Source: an uncultured Desulfobacterales bacterium
GTDB lineage: Bacteria; Desulfobacterota; Desulfobacteria; Desulfobacterales; C00003060
DNA: 64,000 bases
Assembly: GCA_964502365.1 (NCBI GenBank)
Contig: CAZCWQ010000001.1
Coordinates: forward strand, 8,053 to 72,052
Direction: 5' to 3'
Shown: positions 46,060 to 54,797 of the stretch, piece by piece
Layout: every line of letters begins with the position of its first letter
How positions within the stretch are numbered: position 1 is the stretch's first letter
Notes under the pieces: generated by a model
The model's database searches: none
Told to the model about the DNA's origin: nothing
Seen by the model: the letters and a program-made list of their open reading frames with translations, nothing else
Made by a program: the position numbers and the translations under genes

Positions 46060-47196
46060 ATGAAGAACAGGCTGGAAGCGATACTCATAACCATACTTGC
46101 TTTGACGGGAAACCTCGCCCTTCAAGTGCTGCCGGGTCCTGCCCACGCCTTCCATGAAGGGGGTGTTGGGTACTGCGAAGGCTGTCATGTTTTGAATGAA
46201 TCGCCAGAAGACCAGACTCCCACCGGCCCACAGCTTCGAGGCTCAGATCCGAGCTCAACTTGTCTGCGTTGTCATGCAGATGAAGGCAAGTTCTTCAACG
46301 TGATGAGTCAAGACGGGTCATCGTATACCCCGGGGGGTGACTTCTATTGGTTGACAAAAACTTTCCTGTGGAGTGTCAATGGAAGGTCTTACCGAAGCCC
46401 CGGCAACAATCACGGCCACAATGTCGTTGCTGCTGATTACGGCTTGGCTCCGGACCAGATACGGGGCTCGGCTCCCGGTGGCATATACCCTTCAACTGCG
46501 ATGGGTTGTAACAGCTGTCACAACCCCCATGCAATGACATCGACTTCTGGCTTTTACGAGGAAGACCCTCCCCCGGGAACAGAGGTGGGCAACTTCAGGC
46601 TTCTTGGCGGAACCAATTACCGCGCTGGTGACCGAGTTAACGGTATGGTTTTTTCATATCCATCCCCCGTGGCTGTGGCCAACGTAAATGACTGGATTGA
46701 GACCGACTTCAACCACACCGCCTATGGTTCAGGAATGTCCGATTGGTGTGGTAATTGCCACACCGGCATTCTCAATGAGGGCAACAAGCACCCGTGTGGG
46801 AAAATCGCGGGACTTAGCGCCACCATCATTTCCAATTACAACGCCTACATGGCCACAGGCCTTCTAGGCGGATTTCAAACAACATCCTATTTGTCATTAG
46901 TCCCTTTCGAGGTTGGGACAACGGCAGAGTATCTCCTTGACCCATCCAGCACGTCTGGGCCCGAAGGAACGGCCAATGTCATGTGTCTGACTTGTCACAG
47001 GGCCCATGCCTCGGCCTTTCAGGATATTGGGAGATGGGATTTTCAATCTACATTCATCGCTAATTCGCATCCCAAACCAGGTGACGGCGGCATAACCGGT
47101 AATGACGTACTCAACAGCTATTACGGCAGGAATATGATTGCAGAGTTTGGCAGCTTCCAAAGACAGCTTTGCAATAAATGTCACCTGCAAGATTAG
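46060..47196 (+). CDS. OmcS-family hexaheme cytochrome, second paralog
   Basis: ATG 46060, signal ...AHA|FHEGGVGYCEGCHVLN, six CXXCH motifs. It shares the same conserved blocks as 25416-26600 and ends CNKCHLQD. Confidence 0.85.
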   Translation: MKNRLEAILITILALTGNLALQVLPGPAHAFHEGGVGYCEGCHVLNESPEDQTPTGPQLRGSDPSSTCLRCHADEGKFFNVMSQDGSSYTPGGDFYWLTKTFLWSVNGRSYRSPGNNHGHNVVAADYGLAPDQIRGSAPGGIYPSTAMGCNSCHNPHAMTSTSGFYEEDPPPGTEVGNFRLLGGTNYRAGDRVNGMVFSYPSPVAVANVNDWIETDFNHTAYGSGMSDWCGNCHTGILNEGNKHPCGKIAGLSATIISNYNAYMATGLLGGFQTTSYLSLVPFEVGTTAEYLLDPSSTSGPEGTANVMCLTCHRAHASAFQDIGRWDFQSTFIANSHPKPGDGGITGNDVLNSYYGRNMIAEFGSFQRQLCNKCHLQD

Positions 47197-47406
47197 AGGG
47201 TTCTCGTATGTCACGCTAAACCGGACTTGCCAATTTCACCCCGCTGTGATTTACATCCAAAATATTAACAATTCGCCGAATACATTGGTTGGCTACTTAT
47301 GTCACAATATCGGGGACAGGAGGCAACCCCAACATTTTGCAGTATTTCTTTAGTTTCATGAAACAAAAGTCCTGTGTCGGTTAATCTTCATCAATCTAAA
47401 GGTATA

Positions 47407-47733
47407 ATGAAATCTAAGCCCTTATACGAAGAAATCACTAAGGCAAGAAAGATATTAGAGTTGCCCGAGTCAGCCACAATGCAAGAAATAACAGGACATT
47501 ATAAAAAGTTAATGACAAAATGGCATCCCGACAAATGTCGGGAGAAAAAAGGAATCTATGAACAAAAGGCAAAGGAAATTAACGATGCATATGAAATAAT
47601 TATGAGCTATTGCAATAACTATGACTTTTCGTTTTCAAAAGAAGAAGTGGAAAAACATATCACAGAGAGGGAATGGTGGTTCAAACGTTTTGGGAAGGAC
47701 CCCATATGGGGGAATTACAGTGATAAACCATGA
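47407..47733 (+). CDS. J-domain (DnaJ-like) protein
   Basis: HPD motif within KKLMTKWHPDK. ATG 47407 lies 5 nt after AAAGG; an alternative GTG start is at 47374. Confidence 0.7.
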   Translation: MKSKPLYEEITKARKILELPESATMQEITGHYKKLMTKWHPDKCREKKGIYEQKAKEINDAYEIIMSYCNNYDFSFSKEEVEKHITEREWWFKRFGKDPIWGNYSDKP

Positions 47734-47801
47734 ATCGTGAACCAGCTCTCCGAAAAGCCATATTTCCATACAGTGCAGGTATCGCCTAGCAAAAAACACA
47801 A

Positions 47802-47860
47802 CTCTCTGCAATAGCCCAACCTTTTGAAATCCCGAAAGTTTTGTGATATTCTAAACAAAA
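47802..47860 (+). repeat. promoter-bearing intergenic repeat, copy A
   Basis: CTCTCTGCAAT..CCAACC..TTGAAA(47824-47829)-17 bp-TATTCT(47847-47852), with TG at the extended -10 position. Confidence 0.7.
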
Positions 47861-47934
47861 TTTTAGATTACCTAGTTTTGGACGGGCTCCTTACCTGCCG
47901 GGACAGGCCACGGTAGCTCACAAACATAAGCCAG

Positions 47935-48306
47935 ATGGTCTATCGCACCCTCGCAGATTTTGCCTTAATCGTTCACTTTGCATTTGTCGTCTTTGCGGTC
48001 TTTGGAGCATTCTTGGTGGTTAGATGGCACTGGCTGGTTTGGATGCATGTCCCATTGGCTCTCTGGGCTGCTGTAATGGAAATTACCGGCTGGTTTTGCC
48101 CTCTCACTCATCTTGAGTACTGGCTGCGTACCAAGAGCGTAATGACTGTGCAGGACATGGGGTTTGTGGAACAGTACCTCCTCCCTTTGCTTTATCCCAC
48201 AGGACTCACACGATGGTTGCAGGTTGTTCTTGGCGCCATTGTTCTCGGTATGAACGGCCTAATTTATTCGTGGGTACTATGGCGTCACCTCAGGGTTAGG
48301 ACCTGA
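47935..48306 (+). CDS. DUF2784-like membrane protein
   Basis: 123 aa with 3-4 TM helices. The motif ...GWFCPLT.LE.WLR is as I recall for DUF2784. Confidence 0.6.
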   Translation: MVYRTLADFALIVHFAFVVFAVFGAFLVVRWHWLVWMHVPLALWAAVMEITGWFCPLTHLEYWLRTKSVMTVQDMGFVEQYLLPLLYPTGLTRWLQVVLGAIVLGMNGLIYSWVLWRHLRVRT

Positions 48307-48587
48307 CCACCTTCAGCACTGGGATCCGTCCGCTACGATGTGACTTATTGAGACCACGCTTGGAACCCAACGATTATTCCAGCACAGCAACGGCAAGTAA
48401 GTGCTGCTTTCCAAGGCAGCAGCGGCGGTTTCGTTCTGGATCGATGAACGAGACCAAGTCCAACTGGCGGAAAGGCTGAGTCATGTGCCATAGACTTCTT
48501 GGTTGTGTTAGTTTTGGTAATTTGCGATTATTTGAGCCGGGCCAGAGTTATCCAAACGTCATGAGCAAATGAAAACAGGAGGGTAAT

Positions 48588-48857
48588 ATGAAACTGAACG
48601 TCAAAGCCCTAGTGTTGACGGCAGGCATTATCTGGGCAGGGACCGTTTTAGCGGTCGGTGTCGCAAACCTAATTTGGTCTGGGTACGGCACCATGTTCTT
48701 ACAGGTGGTAGCTTCGATCTATCCTGGTTATGATGCCACCCGTTCCATAGGTGCCGTGATAGTTGGAACTTTGTATGCCCTTGTTGATGGTGCCATTTTG
48801 GGATTGGTTTTGGGCGGGCTTTACAACTTGTTTGTGAGCAAGGGAAGCCCCGTCTAA
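48588..48857 (+). CDS. small membrane protein (3 predicted TM helices)
   Basis: Strong RBS (AGGAGGG). 89 aa, Gly/Ala-rich and hydrophobic. Confidence 0.55.
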   Translation: MKLNVKALVLTAGIIWAGTVLAVGVANLIWSGYGTMFLQVVASIYPGYDATRSIGAVIVGTLYALVDGAILGLVLGGLYNLFVSKGSPV

Positions 48858-48879
48858 ACACGTAACAATCAGAAAGCGT

Positions 48880-49345
48880 AGCCATTTGTGATATTACACT
48901 GCAATCACCAAGGATACACTCATCTGACTTCTCAAATATCTTGGCTCTGCGGTTTTCCACCACCGGTCAAGTCACTACGCCTTCCCTCGGCAATGCCCTT
49001 TTCAACAAACGCTCTATACCTTCGACGCGCAATCCATTGCCTATGATCGATACCCATTCAATAGCCTACCAATCCCTGTCCACCTTTCCCATAAGAGCGC
49101 TATGGCCAGTATACGGGTGTTTATCCAATGCCTTTATATCCCTTACAGTCCTGGCACGAATCGGATTCAGGTGAATGTGGCGTATGAGCTCCAAAAGATA
49201 GAGGTCTTCCTGGCATAAAATCGACTTGTATCTATTTTAAAAAGGATGCCCGCTGCGGCGGTGACGCCTGTTATAAGGAACCGCATATCCGGTCAACAGC
49301 CGCCTCATCACCGTAGCAATCGGCACATCACCTCTGTGGATGTGT
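48880..49345 (-). pseudogene. degraded Y1 (HUH) transposase, RAYT/IS200-like
   Basis: The minus-strand translation gives ...MRRLLTGYAVPYNRRHRRSGHPF*NRYKSILCQEDLYLLELIRHIHLNPIRA...DW*A... followed by a frameshift before RRSDLTGGG. The HUH-containing N-terminal part is missing. Confidence 0.7.
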
Positions 49346-49850
49346 GGAACTTTTCTGCATAAGAGTGATTTGTATTGCACATTATTGCCGTCATTAGAAT
49401 GAAAGCTACCAGACGTGTTATCGCATCCAATGCAAGTTAACTATTTAACATCGCTAGTATATTATTCCAAACGTACATGTTGGCATGGTTCTTGATACTA
49501 AGAATAAACAGAGCAATTAACGACACCCCTCTGGACAAGAGAAAGGATCTTAAAATGCGTAGCAAGAGTCATCTCAGCAGTCCAGAAATAATAAGCCAGA
49601 AGGGGCCGTCTCATTTCTTACTCCTGTACGTCATTGGTGGGGTCTTGGAGAAATAGGGCGGCAGCGTGAAAATAGACCGAGACACCAACGCGGTCGCCTT
49701 GAGCATTCCACAGAAAAAAAGGACTGCTTGCTGTGAAGAGTTAGAGGGAGTGATAGACGTCATAAAGCCGTTCATTCGTCTTCTCCCTTCCCACGATTGA
49801 TTCTTGCATTTGAAAAAGGCTCAATGGCCCTCCTTTGAAGTGAGGTTCCT

Positions 49851-50081
49851 ATGGAACCAAATGCAAGTCCTCTTTGTAAGTCGGGTGATAGAAATGCTTT
49901 GTGTCCTTATTATGACGCTTGTTTGGATCACGCTGTGAAACATCGTTGGCAATGTTGGAACTGCTCCGTCTGCCCTCACAGACTAAAGAAACAGTGCCTG
50001 AGCGACGCGCCAATTGTTAAAGATCCAAACCCCGAATATCATATTGCCTCAGAAATCCTACGACAGTTGGCTTCATCCTAA
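49851..50081 (+). CDS. small Cys-rich hypothetical protein
   Basis: 76 aa with GTGAGG 5 nt upstream of the start. Cys pattern is C...C.YY..C.......W.CW.C..C. No family recognised. Confidence 0.35.
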   Translation: MEPNASPLCKSGDRNALCPYYDACLDHAVKHRWQCWNCSVCPHRLKKQCLSDAPIVKDPNPEYHIASEILRQLASS

Positions 50082-50437
50082 ACTCTCAAACCCTTTACTC
50101 GTTCAAGTCTATGCTACAGGTCCTCTAGTACGTTCGCCCATCCTTTCCTGCCTTTTGGCTGTTGACATTATATCTGTCAGCCTGTTACCAGATCATAGCC
50201 TCGCATTCCAGCGCTCTTCACGCCTATAATGAAAAGCAGATTGGGTTTAACTGGATCGAGGGTTTCACTCAAGCCCCTCCTTTGTCAAGTGTGTAATTTT
50301 TTTCAGTCCAAGAGATATTCTTTTCACATTTTCGCTATGGCTTTTACCCTGAATTTTGCCTAACTAAATGGAAATATAGAGATACTCCGCTTGGCCTAGT
50401 TCTTGCTCATTCTAACTTTAAAAGGCATTGCTCAGCG

Positions 50438-50620
50438 TCATTGCTTTTCATTAGGGTCGGGGAGCATTCCTTCCTTATTATGATACCTTGGTGGGAACAG
50501 CTTAACTACTTCAGAAGGCTCCCCGGCCTTTCTTCCCTTCTTGTGGTATGAAACAAGAACGCCCATGGCGCGTCCAGCCTCAAAAGGAAGCCCCCGGCCC
50601 TTACGGGTACCGGACATCAT
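50438..50620 (-). CDS. hypothetical protein
   Basis: 60-aa basic ORF directly downstream of 50637-50951. No homology recognised. Confidence 0.2.
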   Translation of the reverse strand: MMSGTRKGRGLPFEAGRAMGVLVSYHKKGRKAGEPSEVVKLFPPRYHNKEGMLPDPNEKQ

Positions 50621-50636
50621 TCACGCACATGAATAG

Positions 50637-50951
50637 TTATGAACGCCCCTTTTTGTCTGTGACCGGAATCCCTCCAAGGCCACAATAGCCATAGTCTTCA
50701 TTCTTGTCCTTGTCAGGGTTAAGCCAACGCCAAAGCATACAATTCCGTCCGAGACAAAGTTCAATCCCAGGTTCCAGCATCTGTTGCTGCATTTGTTTCG
50801 CAATTAGCTTCACCGGACAGACTAGGCTTCCAACGCTGTTATGTTGAACGATCATAACAATACCTCCTTTTCCATCTCTTCTTAGGGCATGTCGCCGGAC
50901 GAGGCATATTCCGCCCTCTTTCTTAGCTGTAACACCCGCATCTAACCGCAT
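50637..50951 (-). CDS. hypothetical protein
   Basis: 104-aa ORF, possibly starting at an internal Met. No homology recognised. Confidence 0.25.
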   Translation of the reverse strand: MRLDAGVTAKKEGGICLVRRHALRRDGKGGIVMIVQHNSVGSLVCPVKLIAKQMQQQMLEPGIELCLGRNCMLWRWLNPDKDKNEDYGYCGLGGIPVTDKKGRS

Positions 50952-51066
50952 CTGACCCGCTAAGGCCAGTATTTTCCGCCCACAGAACGGGGGATCTCCT
51001 GCACCTCCATACCCCTGTGTATCCCTTTAGCAGAAATCGTGGATTCTGGGGGCGGTTTTCATAGAG

Positions 51067-51345
51067 TTAGTCAACTTCTTTGTCCGTGTCCAAACATTGA
51101 CGGTAACAGTCCTGCAATTTCCGATTGCACTCATCCTTACAGCTCCAGCGATCATCCTGATAACCTCTAAAATACTTCCTCCTCGGCATCTTTTCGCATG
51201 TTGAGGTACACAACGAGTGCCGGGATTGGCAGTTCTTAATACAATCCCGCTGTTCTTGTGTCCTAACGTGCCGGGTTGGCTGTGCCGACTGGGCTGCACA
51301 GCCAACAAAAAGAGCCAACAGTGTTAGAATTGCCAGTTTTCTCAT
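51067..51345 (-). CDS. small Cys-rich lipoprotein
   Basis: Signal peptide with lipobox LFVGC. The mature part has 8 Cys residues (CIKNC, CTSTC, CKDEC, CYRQC). Confidence 0.55.
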   Translation of the reverse strand: MRKLAILTLLALFVGCAAQSAQPTRHVRTQEQRDCIKNCQSRHSLCTSTCEKMPRRKYFRGYQDDRWSCKDECNRKLQDCYRQCLDTDKEVD

Positions 51346-51820
51346 GTCCCCCTCACTTTGTTTGCCTTAGGATTTGAAGCAATATAACACTATATGCAAA
51401 GCCCCCACACCAGAAATGCTAATGCATGGGCATGTGCAAAACGCCTAAGACCTATCCCAGCACAGGCTTGCCTGCTCTTGCCTTGTGCTCTCCTCTTGAC
51501 TCTTGCGCCACAATCGGCTAAAGAAAACGCATACTTGCAGTACCGCTGTTCCATTTCTTAAACCAACCATATACACAGGAAGTCATATGAACCTCAAGAT
51601 GTGCCTGCCTAGTTCGTGACAGTCGTCGTAAGTGCTGTTGGGAGTATAATCTTTGGATAAAACCAAATTCATCTACCAGGCAGATGCCATGAACTGAATA
51701 TCACGAACCCGTTTCTCACAGGAAGAAGTGGGCTTTTGAGTTTCATTTGAGATCATACCTTTTTGCAGAGTGTAATGGTGGCAAGAAATCTCCTATCAGA
51801 CAAAGATTCAAATTTAAGCG

Positions 51821-52861
51821 ATGAATAGAAAAGATGTCGTAAAACGCATAGTCTTGACGATCATATTTATTGCCATTGCGTACTTTTCGTTTTCATATCG
51901 ACCTGCCTCCAAATCTGTCACATATAGGGTAAACGATGAGCAGATAACAACAACCTCCGATGGAAGTGCTAAGTTTTTTGAATGGGTAGGGCTTTTCTGT
52001 CTAGTTGTCGCCGTTTGGTTTTGGCGAAAGGAACTAAAAGCAACAGGAATCGGCTTTTTACACGGCCCAGAGCCAGACATTGAACAGCAATCTCCCCAAG
52101 ACCTCCAAAAACGTGAAGAACTCCATATTCAACAAGAGGAAGAGAGTACATCCGATATTCCTGCGTCTCCAAATGTGAGTCCTGAATTGTCGAGTAGTAC
52201 CAGAACACTACATAACTTTGAAAAGCATAGAGATTCAATAATGCAAATGCTTCGTGAAAATCATGCCTTAAATGCAATGCACCTTGCATAGGTAATTGGT
52301 GCGACACGGTCGACAGTTACAACCTATATGGATATTTTAGTACGAGAGGGAAAAGTTCGTCGTGATGGCGACTATACCGATCAGCGTGGTCTCCGTAAGG
52401 CGGAACTATATACTCTAACTTCATTGTGGGAAAATGTAGCTATTGATATAGCTCGTAGCAATATTCGTGAAAAACACACAGTCACTTGGGAAAGACGTTT
52501 TGTTAGAATAGGAAACATGAATGATGTCGATGCCATTCTAAAAACCGAGGATTTTATAACTTTCTTAATTGAAGTAAAATTCGCTAGGAAGATTATTGAT
52601 CTCTCCAAAGTATTGTCAAGACTTTCAAGTACCGCCAAGAAATTTGAACCGACAAGCAAGGCTGTTATTATTTTCCTTGTCCTAGTAAGTCGGGATGACT
52701 CTCAGATTAAGAGTCTTGAAAACTATCTCGACAATACTACTTTCGACACAGGAAATATTGAAACTAGGTTTCTCTTACTCTCGACGGATCAACTTGAGGA
52801 AGAGTCTCAAAAGAGATTTGGAGAAAAGGTTTTTTGGCCCATGTTTTTGCAGGATAATTGA
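51821..52861 (+). pseudogene. membrane / winged-helix / PD-(D/E)xK-like protein gene interrupted by one in-frame TAG (52289-52291)
   Basis: ORFs 51821-52291 and 52328-52861 are in the same frame with no other stop between them. The TAG falls inside an HTH-like segment (LNAMHLA*VIGATRSTVTTYMDILVREGKV). The C-terminal part has D...EVK nuclease-like spacing. Confidence 0.55.
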
Positions 52862-52903
52862 TTATGCTGGTTATTTGATAGCCCTTTATAGAGCGGATTA
52901 AAA

Positions 52904-52970
52904 CTCTCTGCAATTCATCCAACCGTGTGAAATCCCTAAATGTTTGTGATATTCAAAACAAACCTTGCTT
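52904..52970 (+). repeat. promoter-bearing intergenic repeat, copy B
   Basis: CTCTCTGCAAT..CCAACC..GTGAAA(52927-52932)-17 bp-TATTCA(52950-52955). Confidence 0.7.
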
Positions 52971-53123
52971 GAGGCTAGCTATTTCCTGAGCCGTGATCGT
53001 ACCAGTGATCTCTACTTCTCCCTTTATAGATATTTGGCCTGTGTTACGCCTACTAAAGAATTTTCGATCATGTTCCGATTAGAATCATGCATTTTCGTTT
53101 ATCAATCGAGCAAGGAGAGCTAG

Positions 53124-53573
53124 ATGACTGCGCCTGATCATGTGACAATATCGCAACAGCCCGATGTGGCCACTCAACTGAGAGAATCACTTAAGAACAT
53201 TGGCGGACTTCTCCATTATTTGCCTGAAAACGAACAAAAAACCCTCCTCCAGTTGTTAGAAGACTGGCAAAACCCTGAACGAAGAAGGCTTCAAAGGAAA
53301 CTTTACTCCCTCCCCGTAGATTTTGCTGTAGGAAATCGGGCCTTCAGCGGTTTTGTTCGAGATATCAATGGAAGGGGGGTGCACATCGAACCTTCTGGAC
53401 GTTTCCATGTCGGTCAGGCAATCACGCTTAGCTTTCCTTTTCCCGGCCTGTCAAAGCCTATAAAGACACAAGGAGAGATTGTATGGACTGACAAGCATGG
53501 GTTTGGAGTAAAGCTGGCAATGCCAAACAAGTATCTAGAAGAATACGTCCAGAAGAAATTAGAACAGCTCTAG
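53124..53573 (+). CDS. PilZ domain protein
   Basis: RBS AAGGAGAG. It carries RRRLQR (RxxxR) and DINGRG (D/NxSxxG-like) c-di-GMP-binding-type motifs at the right spacing. Confidence 0.65.
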   Translation: MTAPDHVTISQQPDVATQLRESLKNIGGLLHYLPENEQKTLLQLLEDWQNPERRRLQRKLYSLPVDFAVGNRAFSGFVRDINGRGVHIEPSGRFHVGQAITLSFPFPGLSKPIKTQGEIVWTDKHGFGVKLAMPNKYLEEYVQKKLEQL

Positions 53574-53647
53574 CCCGCCCTCTGATGCCGCCAGTTGAAA
53601 CAGTAACCTCTATATATTGTATGTCAGCCCCTTACTCTAAAACTATA

Positions 53648-53710
53648 TGTTTATGCAATTCACCCAACCTATTGAAACGCCTAAATCTTTGTCATATACA
53701 AACTCAATCT
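53648..53710 (+). repeat. promoter-bearing intergenic repeat, copy C
   Basis: ATGCAAT..CCAACC..TTGAAA(53671-53676)-17 bp-TATACA(53694-53699). Confidence 0.65.
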
Positions 53711-53967
53711 GTGCTGGAATTGCTCGATTCCCAGATAGAAGTCATGGCAAGTAAAGCTGCAATTGTGACAGCATAGATACCGCCTCAATATGTTGTAGCA
53801 CTTCCATTTGCCCCACCTGGCCGTAAACCAGGATGCAGTGCTCTTCTGTGAATACAGTCTTTTCCGCCATGAGATACAGTGTTCACCCTATTGATTCTGG
53901 CACTATCGGCAATTACTATATTATTGTTGTCTCCATGTGAAAGCAACGTGACAGAGAGAGGTGTAGC

Positions 53968-54288
53968 ATGACAGAGTTTATCCGTGTTCCTCCACAGGAA
54001 GTTAGGCAGAAAGTTGAGTCTGGCTCGGCTCTGCTTGTCTGCGCATATGATGATGAGCAGAAGTTTAACCAGAATCATCTCGAAGGAGCGATTTCGCTGT
54101 CGGAATTCAAGTCTAGACTAGCGTCTTTACCCAAAGATCAAGAGATCATATTCTACTGTGCTTGACCCAAGGAAGCAAGTGCTGTCGGTCAGGCAGAAAC
54201 ATACACAAAGGCAGGACACCGGAACATAACCGTACTAGGTGGCGGGGTTCAAGCCTGGAAAAGAGCTGGATATATACTTGAATCGTAG
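53968..54288 (+). CDS. rhodanese-like protein with in-frame UGA (candidate selenoprotein, or pseudogene)
   Basis: The ORF stops at TGA 54163-54165 inside ...IIFYCA[TGA]PKEASAVGQAETYTKAGHRNITVLGGGVQAWKRAGY. The same frame stays open to TAG 54286-54288, giving a complete ~106-aa rhodanese fold. Confidence 0.5.
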
Positions 54289-54365
54289 CTGAGACAATCC
54301 GTCCCCGTTTCAAGAATAATCACACATTAGGTCCATCGCCGTGAACAAAGGGAGATACTAGAACA

Positions 54366-54614
54366 ATGCGTGTACGTGTTACCGTGAAGAAAGGAAAATG
54401 TCTGGGTGGAATCCACAAACTTGGGCAGGCGTTTACGGTTGGGTGGACAACCCCTGAAGGAATGTGCTTGGGTGCCTGGAATGCCATATCTCCAAGTGTG
54501 ATTACACTGCTTTGCGGCGGGAATTTTCCATGGGAAAAACAGGCGGGTGTTACGACAATTCACTGTCCCGATCCCAAAGGCATAACATTTGAACTTAGAC
54601 GTATCGAAGAATGA
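54366..54614 (+). CDS. TIGR04076-like small protein
   Basis: RBS AAGGGAGA. 82 aa with ...G.C.GAW.AI.P....L..GG.FPW.......CPDP.....FE(L/I)RRI resembles the TIGR04076 family as I recall it. Confidence 0.55.
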   Translation: MRVRVTVKKGKCLGGIHKLGQAFTVGWTTPEGMCLGAWNAISPSVITLLCGGNFPWEKQAGVTTIHCPDPKGITFELRRIEE

Positions 54615-54682
54615 AGTACTAAAACCAATTATTAAGTATTCCTTAAAGGAGTGGGTTGCATTGACTTAGTCAAAAGTAGAGG

Positions 54683-54745
54683 TTGCTGAAATTCAACCGA
54701 CTTTTTGAAATCCTGAAGTCTTTGTGATACACAAAGTAAGTCTTA
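54683..54745 (+). repeat. promoter-bearing intergenic repeat, copy D
   Basis: TTGAAA(54705-54710)-17 bp-TACACA(54728-54733). It contains the perfect palindrome TTGTGATACACAA. Confidence 0.65.
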
Positions 54746-54797
54746 GTGCTCGCTGGTCTACAATAGCCCACAACTGGACAAGAAAGGGGTAGTTTCG

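Noticed and set aside
47245-47256. Exact 12-mer TGTGATTTACAT shared with 60295-60306, both upstream of genes.
   Set aside because: For 64 kb, N^2/2 divided by 4^12 gives on the order of 100 chance 12-mer pairs, and the flanks do not align.
48380-48421. Mutually exclusive hairpins CAGCAC/GTGCTG and TGCTGC/GCAGCA in the 280-bp gap before the small membrane protein gene. They look like an attenuator or riboswitch expression platform.
   Set aside because: The stems are only 6 bp, there is no T-tract, and I could recognise no conserved riboswitch core. An Rfam scan would be needed before calling anything.
53785-54078. 97-aa minus-strand ORF.
   Set aside because: It overlaps the 5' part of the rhodanese-like gene, which has clear family features. 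It has no supporting signals.
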